Shown piece by piece: positions 43,966 through 56,003 of a stretch of 64,000 bases of DNA. The stretch's first letter is position 1. The number at the start of each line of letters is the position of its first letter. Position numbers and translations under genes: made by a program. The stretch spans positions 67,704,001 to 67,768,000 of the forward strand of contig OX597830.1 of the NCBI GenBank assembly GCA_951406725.2, read 5' to 3'. The notes beneath the pieces were generated by a model. The model was not told the origin of the DNA. It ran no database searches and saw only the letters and a program-made list of their open reading frames with translations. Source of the DNA: Octopus vulgaris. Lineage: Eukaryota.

Positions 43966-45380
43966 TCACTTACCTGTCCTTTGTTTTTCATAGTCACTTG
44001 AATGTTCTTTGCCAATACGAATAAATTCCATATCCATTCTTACTCCGAAATACTCATTCATATTTTCCACGAATTCATCGCTCATTCTTATATCTTTCAC
44101 CTCCCAATTCTCCCTTTCACACCTCCCCATAAACTCACCTATGTTCTTTTTTTCAATCACAGCATACCTAGTCTCTCCAACATCATACCGTTTATACTCT
44201 TCCATTAGACTTTTAACTTCCCTCTGTTCAGTCATAGTACAAATGTACGGCCTGGGTTCGATTTCAATCTCTTGTGTGTGTGTATTCTTTTTTTCTTTTG
44301 TTTTCTTGTTGGGGGGGAGCGGGTGGGTTCAATGTCTGCATGGATAGGGTGGGACTCAGAGGGTGTGGGAGGTTTTGGGGTAGATTGGAGTTCCATATTA
44401 TTTTCTTTTTTTCCACATATTCTTCTCTTCCTCTTACTTCCAGCTTCCTTCCATTTCTGTGTATTCTCTTCCTCTGTTTCCTTCTCCTCTGGTTTCTGCT
44501 TCTCTCTCTCTGGTTCGGGATCCATTTCTTTCCCTGGGGGAGGGCAGAAGGCTCTTATGTGACCCCTCAGGCCACACTTGTAACAACGTGGAGCCCTGCC
44601 CTCCACCCACACTCTCATGATCACTTCTCCCAGTCTGATGCTTTCCGTCAGGTCCACCAGTACCTCGGTCTCTGCCTGTACGTTCAGCTCCACTGTTACG
44701 CCTCTCCAGCCCTCGGACTTAACCGAGGCATGGAGAATATCCACTTCGTCCTCGTGGCCGCTGATCACAGCCGCCACAATCCATTCTGCCTCCACGTTTG
44801 GTGGCACTCCCTCCACCCTTATTCGTGTAATCCTCCTGTTTAAATACGTAGGTAACAGTGTTACCTTTTCCGACTTCACCGCCTTCGCTGCCATCTTCCT
44901 CGCTGCAGATTCACTTTTAAAGTGCACAACTACGGTCCCGTACTTGGATCCTCGAGTCAGAAAATTTATTTCCTCCTCAGTTCTTCGCAGGGCTTCCTCT
45001 ATCCATTCCATGGATACAACTTCTACCCTCTTCCTTTCGTTTGCGCACACCCTGTAAACAATGGTCCTCTTATCATACCATTCTTTTCTCCTGGGTGTCG
45101 GTGATAGTTCCACCTCACCGCTTTCCTTTTTCATGTATTTCTGGTAACTTGGCAACTTGGCCATGTCGACCCCTTTCTCTTCCGCCTTCTTGGTTACACC
45201 GGCATAGGTATAACCCAGCTTCTTCCAATTTCCTTGCTGCCATTTCTAGCTCCTTCTCAGACATAGGCAAGTCTGATAAAGACTCAAAAACTCCAGCCTT
45301 TTCCTCCATCAGCTTCACTGCAATTGCCTGTTCCAGTTCCTCATCCGTCGTGGACAAGTCTGTTAAGACTCATAGTCCAT
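43966..45380 (-). pseudogene. Unit 3 ORF1-like gene, several small indels
   Basis: Fragments 45115-45357, 44232-45164 and 43966-44235. Confidence 0.8.
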
Positions 45381-45695
45381 TTCCTTCTGTCTGACAGACC
45401 GAAAACGGCCGCCAAAACAGAAAAAGTGTAACGCGCTGAACGAGCGAAACGCGAAACCGCGTCAACGCCGTTCAGAATTTCCACAACAACAACAACCTTT
45501 TTGTTCTTTTTTACCGAATTTTCAGGAGCCGAAAAAAACGCGTATTTCTTTATTACCCACTAAGGGGCTACGAAGAGTGGCGGACATAACAAAACATGGG
45601 GACATAGAACATTATAATTAAACTTTATGAACATGAATTGTTAAACGAAAAAAATGATAAAATGAAAGCGATACCAACGGCCCCGTCCGTCAGCA

Positions 45696-47060
45696 TCACT
45701 TACCTGTCCTTTGTTTTTCATAGTCACTTGAATGTTCTTTGTCAATACGAATAAATTCCATATCCATTCTTACTCCGAAATACTCATCCATATTTTCCAC
45801 GAATTCATCGCTCATTCTTATATCTTTCACCTCCCAATTCTCCCTTTCACACCTCCCCATAAACTCACCTATGTTCTTCTTTTCAATCACAGCATACCTA
45901 GTCTCTCCAACATCATACCATTTATACTCTTCCATTAGACTTTTAACTTCTTTCTGTTCAGTCATAGTACAAATGTACGGCCTGGGTTCGATTTCAATCT
46001 CTTGTGTGTGTGTATTCTTTTTTTTCTTTTGTTTTCTTGTTGGGGGGGAGCGGGTGGGTTCAATGTCTGCATGGATAGGGTGGGACTCAGAGGGTGTGGG
46101 AGGTTTTGGGGTAGATTGGAGTTCCATATTATTTTCTTTTTTTCCACATATTCTTCTCTTCCTCTTACTTCCAGCTTCCTTCCATTTCTGTGTATTCTCT
46201 TCCTCTGTTTCCTTCTCCTCTGGTTTCTGCTTCTCTCTCTCTGGTTCGGGATCCATTTCTTTCCCTGGGGGAGGGCAGAAGGCTCTTATGTGACCCCTCA
46301 GGCCACACTTGTAACAACGTGGAGCCCTGCCCTCCACCCACACTCTCATGATCACTTCTCCCAGTCTGATGCTTTCCGTCAGGTCCACCAGTACCTCGGT
46401 CTCTGCCTGTACGTTCAGCTCCACTGTTACGCCTCTCCAGCCCTCGGACTTAACCGAGGCATGGAGAATATCCACTTCGTCCTCGTGGCCGCTGATCACA
46501 GCCGCCACAATCCATTCTGCCTCCACGTTTGGTGGCACTCCCTCCACCCTTATTCGTGTAATCCTCCTGTTTAAATACGTAGGTAACAGTGTTACCTTTT
46601 CCGACTTCACCGCCTTCGCTGCCATCTTCCTCGCTGCAGATTCACTTTTAAAGTGCACAACTACGGTCCCGTACTTGGATCCTCGAGTCAGAAAATTTAT
46701 TTCCTCCTCAGTTCTTCGCAGGGCTTCCTCTATCCATTCCATGGTTACAACTTCTACCCTCTTCCTTTCGTTTGCGAACACCCTGTAAACAATGGTCCTC
46801 TTATCATACCATTCTTTTCTCCTGGGTGTCGGTGATAGTTCCACCTCACCGCTTTCCTTTTTCATGTATTTCTGGTAACTTGGCAACTTGGCCATGTCGA
46901 CCCCCCTCTCCTCCGCCCTCCTGGTTACACCGGCATAGGTATAACCCAGCTTCTGATCCATTTTCCTCACTGCCATTTCTAGCTCCTCCTCAGACGTAGA
47001 CAAGTCTGTTAAAGACTCAAAAACTGCAGCCGTATCTCCCATCAGGTAGGGGTTGTCCAT
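45696..47060 (-). CDS. Unit 4 ORF1/gag-like protein, intact 454 aa, variant N-terminus
   Basis: Uninterrupted ORF; CYKCGLRGHIRAFC knuckle; one acidic N-terminal repeat instead of two. Confidence 0.9.
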   Translation of the reverse strand: MDNPYLMGDTAAVFESLTDLSTSEEELEMAVRKMDQKLGYTYAGVTRRAEERGVDMAKLPSYQKYMKKESGEVELSPTPRRKEWYDKRTIVYRVFANERKRVEVVTMEWIEEALRRTEEEINFLTRGSKYGTVVVHFKSESAARKMAAKAVKSEKVTLLPTYLNRRITRIRVEGVPPNVEAEWIVAAVISGHEDEVDILHASVKSEGWRGVTVELNVQAETEVLVDLTESIRLGEVIMRVWVEGRAPRCYKCGLRGHIRAFCPPPGKEMDPEPEREKQKPEEKETEEENTQKWKEAGSKRKRRICGKKENNMELQSTPKPPTPSESHPIHADIEPTRSPPTRKQKKKKNTHTQEIEIEPRPYICTMTEQKEVKSLMEEYKWYDVGETRYAVIEKKNIGEFMGRCERENWEVKDIRMSDEFVENMDEYFGVRMDMEFIRIDKEHSSDYEKQRTGK

Positions 47061-47393
47061 TTCCTTCTGTCTGACAGACCGAAAACGGCCGCCAAAACAG
47101 AAAAAGTGTAACGCGCTGAACGAGCGAAACGCGAAACCGCGTCAACGCCGTTCAGAATTTCCACAACAACAACAACGCTTTTTGTTCTTTTTTACCGAAT
47201 TTTCAGGAGCCGAAAAAAAACACGGAGCCGAAAAAACGCGTATTTCTTTATTACCCACTAAGGGGCTACGAAGAATGGCGGACATAACAAAACATGGGGA
47301 CATAGAACATTATAATTAAACTTTATGAACATGAATTGTTAAACGAAAAAAATGATAAAATGAAAGCGATACCAACGGCCCCGTCCGTCAGCA

Positions 47394-48810
47394 TCACTTA
47401 CCTGTCCTTTGTTTTTCATAGTCACTTGAATGTTCTTTGCCAATACGAATAAATTCCATATCCATTCTTACTCCGAAATACTCATTCATATTTTCCACGA
47501 ATTCATCGCTCATTCTTATATCTTTCACCTCCCAATTCTCCCTTTCACACCTCCCCATAAACTCACCTATGTTCTTCTTTTCAATCACAGCATACCTAGT
47601 CTCTCCAACATCATACCATTTATACTCTTCCATTAGACTTTTAACTTCCCTCTGTTCAGTCATAGTACAAATGTACGGCCTGGGTTCGATTTCAATCTCT
47701 TGTGTGTGTGTATTCTTTTTTTCTTTTGTTTTCTTGTTGGGGGGAGCGGGTGGGTTCAATGTCTGCATGGATAGGGTGGGACTCAGAGGGTGTGGGAGGT
47801 TTTGGGGTAGATTGGAGTTCCATATTATTTTCTTTTTTTCCACATATTCTTCTCTTCCTCTTACTTCCAGCTTCCTTCCATTTCTGTGTATTCTCTTCCT
47901 CTGTTTCCTTCTCCTCTGGTTTCTGCTTCTCTCTCTCTGGTTCGGGATCCATTTCTTTCCCTGGGGGAGGGCAGAAGGCTCTTATGTGACCCCTCAGGCC
48001 ACACTTGTAACAACGTGGAGCCCTGCCCTCCACCCACACTCTCATGATCACTTCTCCCAGTCTGATGCTTTCCGTCAGGTCCACCAGTACCTCGGTCTCT
48101 GCCTGTACGTTCAGCTCCACTGTTACGCCTCTCCAGCCCTCGGACTTAACCGAGGCATGGAGAATATCCACTTCGTCCTCGTGGCCGCTGATCACAGCCG
48201 CCACAATCCATTCTGCCTCCACGTTTGGTGGCACTCCCTCCACCCTTATTCGTGTAATCCTCCTGTTTAAATACGTAGGTAACAGTGTTACCTTTTCCGA
48301 CTTCACCGCCTTCGCTGCCATCTTCCTCGCTGCAGATTCACTTTTAAAGTGCACAACTACGGTCCCGTACTTGGATCCTCGAGTCAGAAAATTTATTTCC
48401 TCCTCAGTTCTTCGCAGGGCTTCCTCTATCCATTCCATGGTTACAACTTCTACCCTCTTCCTTTCGTTTGCGAACACCCTGTAAACAATGGTCCTCTTAT
48501 CATACCATTCTTTTCTCCTGGGTGTCGGTGATAGTTCCACCTCACCGCTTTCCTTTTTCATGTATTTCTGGTAACTTGGCAACTTGGCCATGTCGACCCC
48601 TTTCTCTTCCGCCTTCTTGGTTACACCGGCATAGGTATAACCCAGCTTCTCTTCCAATTCCCTTGCTGCCATTTCTAGCTCCTTCTCAGACGTAGGCAAG
48701 TCTGATAAAGACTCGAAAACTCCAGCCTTTTCCTCCATCAGCTTCACTGCAATTGCCTGTTCCAGTTCCTCATCCGTCGTGGACAAGTCTGTTAGAGACT
48801 CATAGTCCAT
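47394..48810 (-). pseudogene. Unit 5 ORF1-like gene, homopolymer indels
   Basis: Fragments 47692-48810 and 47394-47843. Confidence 0.8.
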
Positions 48811-49154
48811 TTCCTTCTGTCTGACAGACCGAAAACGGCCGCCAAAACAGAAAAAGTGTAACGCGCTGAACGAGCGAAACGCGAAACCGCGTCAACGCCG
48901 TTCAGAATTTCCACAACAACAACAACGCTTTTTGTTCTTTTTTACCGAATTTTCAGGAGCCGAAAAAAAACGACTGAGCAGAAAGCAGAAAGCAGTAAGG
49001 CTATTTCTTTATTACCCACTAAGGGGCTACGAAGAGTGCCTGACATAACAAAACATGGGGACATAGAACATTATAATTAAACTTTATGAACATGAAGTGT
49101 TAAACGAAAAAAATGATAAAATGAAAGCGATACCAACGGCCCCGTCCGTCAGCA

Positions 49155-50572
49155 TCACTTACCTGTCCTTTGTTTTTCATAGTCACTTGAATGTTCTTTG
49201 CCAATACGAATAAATTCCATATCCATTCTTACTCCGAAATACTCATTCATATTTTCCACGAATTCATCGCTCATTCTTATATCTTTCACCTCCCAATTCT
49301 CCCTTTCACACCTCCCCATAAACTCACCTATGTTCTTTTTTTCAATCACAGCATACCTAGTCTCTCCAACATCATACCGTTTATACTCTTCCATTAGACT
49401 TTTAACTTCCCTCTGTTCAGTCATAGTACAAATGTACGGCCTGGGTTCGATTTCAATCTCTTGTGTGTGTGTATTCTTTTTTTTCTTTTGTTTTCTTGTT
49501 GGGGGGGAGCGGGTGGGTTCAATGTCTGCATGGATAGGGTGGGACTCAGAGGGTGTGGGAGGTTTTGGGGTAGATTGGAGTTCCATATTATTTTCTTTTT
49601 TTCCACATATTCTTCTCTTCCTCTTACTTCCAGCTTCCTTCCATTTCTGTGTATTCTCTTCCTCTGTTTCCTTCTCCTCTGGTTTCTGCTTCTCTCTCTC
49701 TGGTTCGGGATCCATTTCTTTCCCTGGGGGAGGGCAGAAGGCTCTTATGTGACCCCTCAGGCCACACTTGTAACAACGTGGAGCCCTGCCCTCCACCCAC
49801 ACTCTCATGATCACTTCTCCCAGTCTGATGCTTTCCGTCAGGTCCACCAGTACCTCGGTCTCTGCCTGTACGTTCAGCTCCACTGTTACGCCTCTCCAGC
49901 CCTCGGACTTAACCGAGGCATGGAGAATATCCACTTCGTCCTCGTGGCCGCTGATCACAGCCGCCACAATCCATTCTGCCTCCACGTTTGGTGGCACTCC
50001 CTCCACCCTTATTCGTGTAATCCTCCTGTTTAAATACGTAGGTAACAGTGTTACCTTTTCCGACTTCACCGCCTTCGCTGCCATCTTCCTCGCTGCAGAT
50101 TCACTTTTAAAGTGCACAACTACGGTCCCGTACTTGGATCCTCGAGTCAGAAAATTTATTTCCTCCTCAGTTCTTCGCAGGGCTTCCTCTATCCATTCCA
50201 TGGTTACAACTTCTACCCTCTTCCTTTCGTTTGCGAACACCCTGTAAACAATGGTCCTCTTATCATACCATTCTTTTCTCCTGGGTGTCGGTGATAGTTC
50301 CACCTCACCGCTTTCCTTTTTCATGTATTTCTGGTAACTTGGCAACTTGGCCATGTCGACCCCTTTCTCTTCCGCCTTCTTGGTTACACCGGCATAGGTA
50401 TAACCCAGCTTCTTTCCAATTTCCTTGCTGCCATTTCTAGCTCCTTCTCAGACGTAGACAAGTCTGATAAAGACTCGAAAACTCCAGCCTTTTCCTCCAT
50501 CAGCTTCACTGCAATTGCCTGTTCCAGTTCCTCATCCGTCGTGGACAAGTCTGTTAGAGACTCATAGTCCAT
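49155..50572 (-). pseudogene. Unit 6 ORF1-like gene, one N-terminal indel, 399 aa open downstream
   Basis: Fragments 50384-50572 and 49155-50354. Confidence 0.8.
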
Positions 50573-50960
50573 TTCCTTCTGTCTGACAGACCGAAAACGG
50601 CCGCCAAAACAGAAAAAGTGTAACGCGCTGAACGAGCGAAACGCGAAACCGCGTCAACGCCGTTCAGAATTTCCACAACAACAACAACGCTTTTTGTTCT
50701 TTTTTACCGAATTTTCAGGAGCCGAAAAAACCGCGACCTTTTTTCCTCTACATTGTATACTTTATAGACAATAGTCTTTTCTTTTCTTTTATTTTTTATT
50801 ATCCATCTCTTTTTTTTATTACCCACTAAGGGGCTACGAAGAATGGCGGACATAACAAAACATGGGGACATAGAACATTATAATTAAACTTTATGAAAAT
50901 GAATTGTTAAACGAAAAAATGATAAAATGAAAGCGATACCAACGGCCCCGTCCGTCAGCA

Positions 50961-52370
50961 TCACTTACCTGTCCTTTGTTTTTCATAGTCACTTGAATGT
51001 TCTTTGCCAATACGAATAAATTCCATATCCATTCTTACTCCGAAATACTCATCCATATTTTCCACGAATTCATCGCTCATTCTTATATCTTTCACCTCCC
51101 AATTCTCCCTTTCACACCTCCCCATAAACTCACCTATGTTCTTCTTTTCAATCACAGCATACCTAGTCTCTCCAACATCATACCATTTATACTCTTCCAT
51201 TAGACTTTTAACTTCTTTCTGTTCAGTCATAGTACAAATGTACGGCCTGGGTTCGATTTCAATCTCTTGTGTGTGTGTATTCTTTTTTTTCTTTTGTTTT
51301 CTTGTTGGGGGGGAGCGGGTGGGTTCAATGTCTGCATGGATAGGGTGGGACTCAGAGGGTGTGGGAGGTTTTGGGGTAGATTGGAGTTCCATATTATTTT
51401 CTTTTTTTCCACATATTCTTCTCTTCCTCTTACTTCCAGCTTCCTTCCATTTCTGTGTATTCTCTTCCTCTGTTTCCTTCTCCTCTGGTTTCTGCTTCTC
51501 TCTCTCTGGTTCGGGATCCATTTCTTTCCCTGGGGGAGGGCAGAAGGCTCTTATGTGACCCCTCAGGCCACACTTGTAACAACGTGGAGCCCTGCCCTCC
51601 ACCCACACTCTCATGATCACTTCTCCCAGTCTGATGCTTTCCGTCAGGTCCACCAGTACCTCGGTCTCTGCCTGTACGTTCAGCTCCACTGTTACGCCTC
51701 TCCAGCCCTCGGACTTAACCGAGGCATGGAGAATATCCACTTCGTCCTCGTGGCCGCTGATCACAGCCGCCACAATCCATTCTGCCTCCACGTTTGGTGG
51801 CACTCCCTCCACCCTTATTCGTGTAATCCTCCTGTTTAAATACGTAGGTAACAGTGTTACCTTTTCCGACTTCACCGCCTTCGCTGCCATCTTCCTCGCT
51901 GCAGATTCACTTTTAAAGTGCACAACTACGGTCCCGTACTTGGATCCTCGAGTCAGAAAATTTATTTCCTCCTCAGTTCTTCGCAGGGCTTCCTCTATCC
52001 ATTCCATGGTTACAACTTCTACCCTCTTCCTTTCGTTTGCGAACACCCTGTAAACAATGGTCCTCTTATCATACCATTCTTTTCTCCTGGGTGTCGGTGA
52101 TAGTTCCACCTCACCGCTTTCCTTTTTCATGTATTTCTGGTAACTTGGCAACTTGGCCATGTCGACCCCTTTCTCTTCCGCCTTCTTGGTTACACCGGCA
52201 TAGGTATAACCCAGCTTCTTTCCAATTTTCCTTCACTGCCATTTCTAGCTCCTCCTCAGACGTAGCAAGTCTGATAAAGACTCAAAAACTCCAGCCTTTT
52301 CTCCATCAGCTTCATGCAATTGCCTGTTCCAGTTCCTCATCAGGAAAGTCTGTTAGGACTCATAGTCCAT
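50961..52370 (-). pseudogene. Unit 7 ORF1-like gene, garbled N-terminus, 399 aa open downstream
   Basis: ORF 50961-52160 plus an indel-rich 5' segment. Confidence 0.75.
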
Positions 52371-52681
52371 TTCCTTCTGTCTGACAGACCGAAAACGGCC
52401 GCCAAAACAGAAAAAGTGTAACGCGCTGAACGAGCGAAACGCGAAACCGCGTCAACGCCGTTCAGAATTTCCACAACAACAACAACGCTTTTTGTTCTTT
52501 TTACCGAATTTCAGGAGCCGAAAAAAGGGCACGTATTTTTTATTACCCACTAAGGGGCTACGAAGGCGGACATAACAAAACATGGGGACATAGAACATTA
52601 TAATTAAACTTTATGAACATGTATTGTTAAACGAAAAAAATGATAAAATGAAAGCGATACCAACGGCCCCGTCCGTCAGCA

Positions 52682-54089
52682 TCACTTACCTGTCCTTTGT
52701 TTTTCATAGTCACTTGAATGTTCTTTGCCAATACGAATAAATTCCATATCCATTCTTACTCCGAAATACTCATTCATATTTTCCACGAATTCATCGCTCA
52801 TTCTTATATCTTTCACCTCCCAATTCTCCCTTTCACACCTCCCCATAAACTCACCTATGTTCTTCTTTTCAATCACAGCATACCTAGTCTCTCCAACATC
52901 ATACCGTTTATACTCTTCCATTAGACTTTTAACTTCCCTCTGTTCAGTCATAGTACAAATGTACGGCCTGGGTTCGATTTCAATCTCTTGTGTGTGTGTA
53001 TTCTTTTTTTTCTTTTGTTTTCTTGTTGGGGGGAGCGGGTGGGTTCAATGTCTGCATGGATAGGGTGGGACTCAGAGGGTGTGGGAGGTTTTGGGGTAGA
53101 TTGGAGTTCCATATTATTTTCTTTTTTTCCACATATTCTTCTCTTCCTCTTACTTCCAGCTTCCTTCCATTTCTGTGTATTCTCTTCCTCTGTTTCCTTC
53201 TCCTCTGGTTTCTGCTTCTCTCTCTCTGGTTCGGGATCCATTTCTTTCCCTGGGGGAGGGCAGAAGGCTCTTATGTGACCCCTCAGGCCACACTTGTAAC
53301 AACGTGGAGCCCTGCCCTCCACCCACACTCTCATGATCACTTCTCCCAGTCTGATGCTTTCCGTCAGGTCCACCAGTACCTCGGTCTCTGCCTGTACGTT
53401 CAGCTCCACTGTTACGCCTCTCCAGCCCTCGGACTTAACCGAGGCATGGAGAATATCCACTTCGTCCTCGTGGCCGCTGATCACAGCCGCCACAATCCAT
53501 TCTGCCTCCACGTTTGGTGGCACTCCCTCCACCCTTATTCGTGTAATCCTCCTGTTTAAATACGTAGGTAACAGTGTTACCTTTTCCGACTTCACCGCCT
53601 TCGCTGCCATCTTCCTCGCTACAGATTCACTTTTAAAGTGCACAACTACGGTCCCGTACTTGGATCCTCGAGTCAGAAAATTTATTTCCTCCTCAGTTCT
53701 TCGCAGGGCTTCCTCTATCCATTCCATGGTTACAACTTCTACCCTCTTCCTTTCGTTTGCGAACACCCTGTAAACAATGGTCCTCTTATCATACCATTCT
53801 TTTCTCCTGGGTGTCGGTGATAGTTCCACCTCACCGCTTTCCTTTTTCATGTATTTCTGGTAACTTGGCAACTTGGCCATGTCGACCCCTTTCTCTTCCG
53901 CCTTCTTGGTTACACCGGCATAGGTATAACCCAGCTTCTGATCCATTTTCCTCACTGCTATTTCTAGCTCCTCCTCAGACGTAGACAAGTCTGATAAAGA
54001 CTCAAAACTCCAGCCTTTTCCTCCATCAGCTTCACTGCAATTGCCCGTTCCAGTTCCTCATCAGTCGTGGAAAGGGACTCATAGTCCAT
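52682..54089 (-). pseudogene. Unit 8 ORF1-like gene with indels and a hybrid N-terminus
   Basis: Fragments 52948-53988 and 52682-52951. Confidence 0.75.
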
Positions 54090-54404
54090 TTCCTTCTGTC
54101 TGACAGACCGAAAACGGCCGCCAAAACAGAAAAAGTGCAACGCGCTGAACGAGCGAAACGCGAAACCGCGTCAACGCCGTTCAGAATTTCCACAACAACA
54201 ACAACGCTTTTTGTTCTTTTTTACCGAATTTTCAGGAGCCGAAAAAACGCGTATTTCTTTATTACCCACTAAGGGGCTACGAAGAATGGCGGACATAACA
54301 AAACATGGGGACATAGAACATTATAATTAAACTATATGAACATGAAGTGTTAAACGAAAAAAATGATAAAATGAAAGCGATACCAACGGCCCCGTCCGTC
54401 AGCA

Positions 54405-55822
54405 TCACTTACCTGTCCTTTGTTTTTCATAGTCACTTGAATGTTCTTTGCCAATACGAATAAATTCCATATCCATTCTTACTCCGAAATACTCATTCAT
54501 ATTTTCCACGAATTCATCGCTCATTCTTATATCTTTCACCTCCCAATTCTCCCTTTCACACCTCCCCATAAACTCACCTATGTTCTTTTTTTCAATCACA
54601 GCATACCTAGTCTCTCCAACATCATACCGTTTATACTCTTCCATTAGACTTTTAACTTCCCTCTGTTCAGTCATAGTACAAATGTACGGCCTGGGTTCGA
54701 TTTCAATCTCTTGTGTGTGTGTATTCTTTTTTTTCTTTTGTTTTCTTGTTGGGGGGAGCGGGTGGGTTCAATGTCTGCATGGATAGGGTGGGACTCAGAG
54801 GGTGTGGGAGGTTTTGGGGTAGATTGGAGTTCCATATTATTTTCTTTTTTTCCACATATTCTTCTCTTCCTCTTACTTCCAGCTTCCTTCCATTTCTGTG
54901 TATTCTCTTCCTCTGTTTCCTTCTCCTCTGGTTTCTGCTTCTCTCTCTCTGGTTCGGGATCCATTTCTTTCCCTGGGGGAGGGCAGAAGGCTCTTATGTG
55001 ACCCCTCAGGCCACACTTGTAACAACGTGGAGCCCTGCCCTCCACCCACACTCTCATGATCACTTCTCCCAGTCTGATGCTTTCCGTCAGGTCCACCAGT
55101 ACCTCGGTCTCTGCCTGTACGTTCAGCTCCACTGTTACGCCTCTCCAGCCCTCGGACTTAACCGAGGCATGGAGAATATCCACTTCGTCCTCGTGGCCGC
55201 TGATCACAGCCGCCACAATCCATTCTGCCTCCACGTTTGGTGGCACTCCCTCCACCCTTATTCGTGTAATCCTCCTGTTTAAATACGTAGGTAACAGTGT
55301 TACCTTTTCCGACTTCACCGCCTTCGCTGCCATCTTCCTCGCTGCAGATTCACTTTTAAAGTGCACAACTACGGTCCCGTACTTGGATCCTCGAGTCAGA
55401 AAATTTATTTCCTCCTCAGTTCTTCGCAGGGCTTCCTCTATCCATTCCATGGATACAACTTCTACCCTCTTCCTTTCGTTTGCGCACACCCTGTAAACAA
55501 TGGTCCTCTTATCATACCATTCTTTTCTCCTGGGTGTCGGTGATAGTTCCACCTCACCGCTTTCCTTTTTCATGTATTTCTGGTAACTTGGCAACTTGGC
55601 CATGTCGACCCCTTTCTCTTCCGCCTTCTTGGTTACACCGGCATAGGTATAACTCAGCTTGTCTTCCAATTTCCTTGCTGCCATTTCTAGCTCCTTCTCA
55701 GACATAGGCAAGTCTGATAAAGACTCAAAAACTCCAGCCTTTTCCTCCATCAGCTTCACTGCAATTGCCTGTTCCAGTTCCTCATCCGTCGTGGACAAGT
55801 CTGTTAAAGACTCATAGTCCAT
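54405..55822 (-). pseudogene. Unit 9 ORF1-like gene, single indel in a G run
   Basis: Fragments 54671-55822 and 54405-54674. Confidence 0.8.
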
Positions 55823-56003
55823 TTCCTTCTGTCTGACAGACCGAAAACGGCCGCCAAAACAGAAAAAGTGTAACGCGCTGAACGAGCGAAACGCGAAACC
55901 GCGTCAACGCCGTTCAGAATTTCCACAACAACAACAACCTTTTTTGTTCTTTTTTACCGAATTTTCAGGAGCCGAAAAAAAAACACGGAGCCGAAAAAAC
56001 GCG

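Larger units (their letters stand above)
38672..56003 (-). repeat. Head-to-tail tandem array of ten ~1.7 kb ORF1-only non-autonomous retroelement units (1 divergent, 9 near-identical)
   Basis: Unit 3' ends (TATTTCTTTATTACCCAC or close variant on +) at about 38672, 40348, 42079, 43813, 45543, 47241, 49002, 50811, 52534 and 54252; no RT or endonuclease sequence in any unit. Confidence 0.95.

Noticed and set aside
38785-55707. Many recurring + strand ORFs across the array (60-277 aa, Phe/Ser/Leu-rich)
   Set aside because: Antisense shadows of the purine-rich ORF1; they recur only because the unit is repeated.
38672-56003. Telomeric location of the array, by analogy with HeT-A
   Set aside because: No TTAGGG-type tracts, and ordinary sequence continues on both sides.
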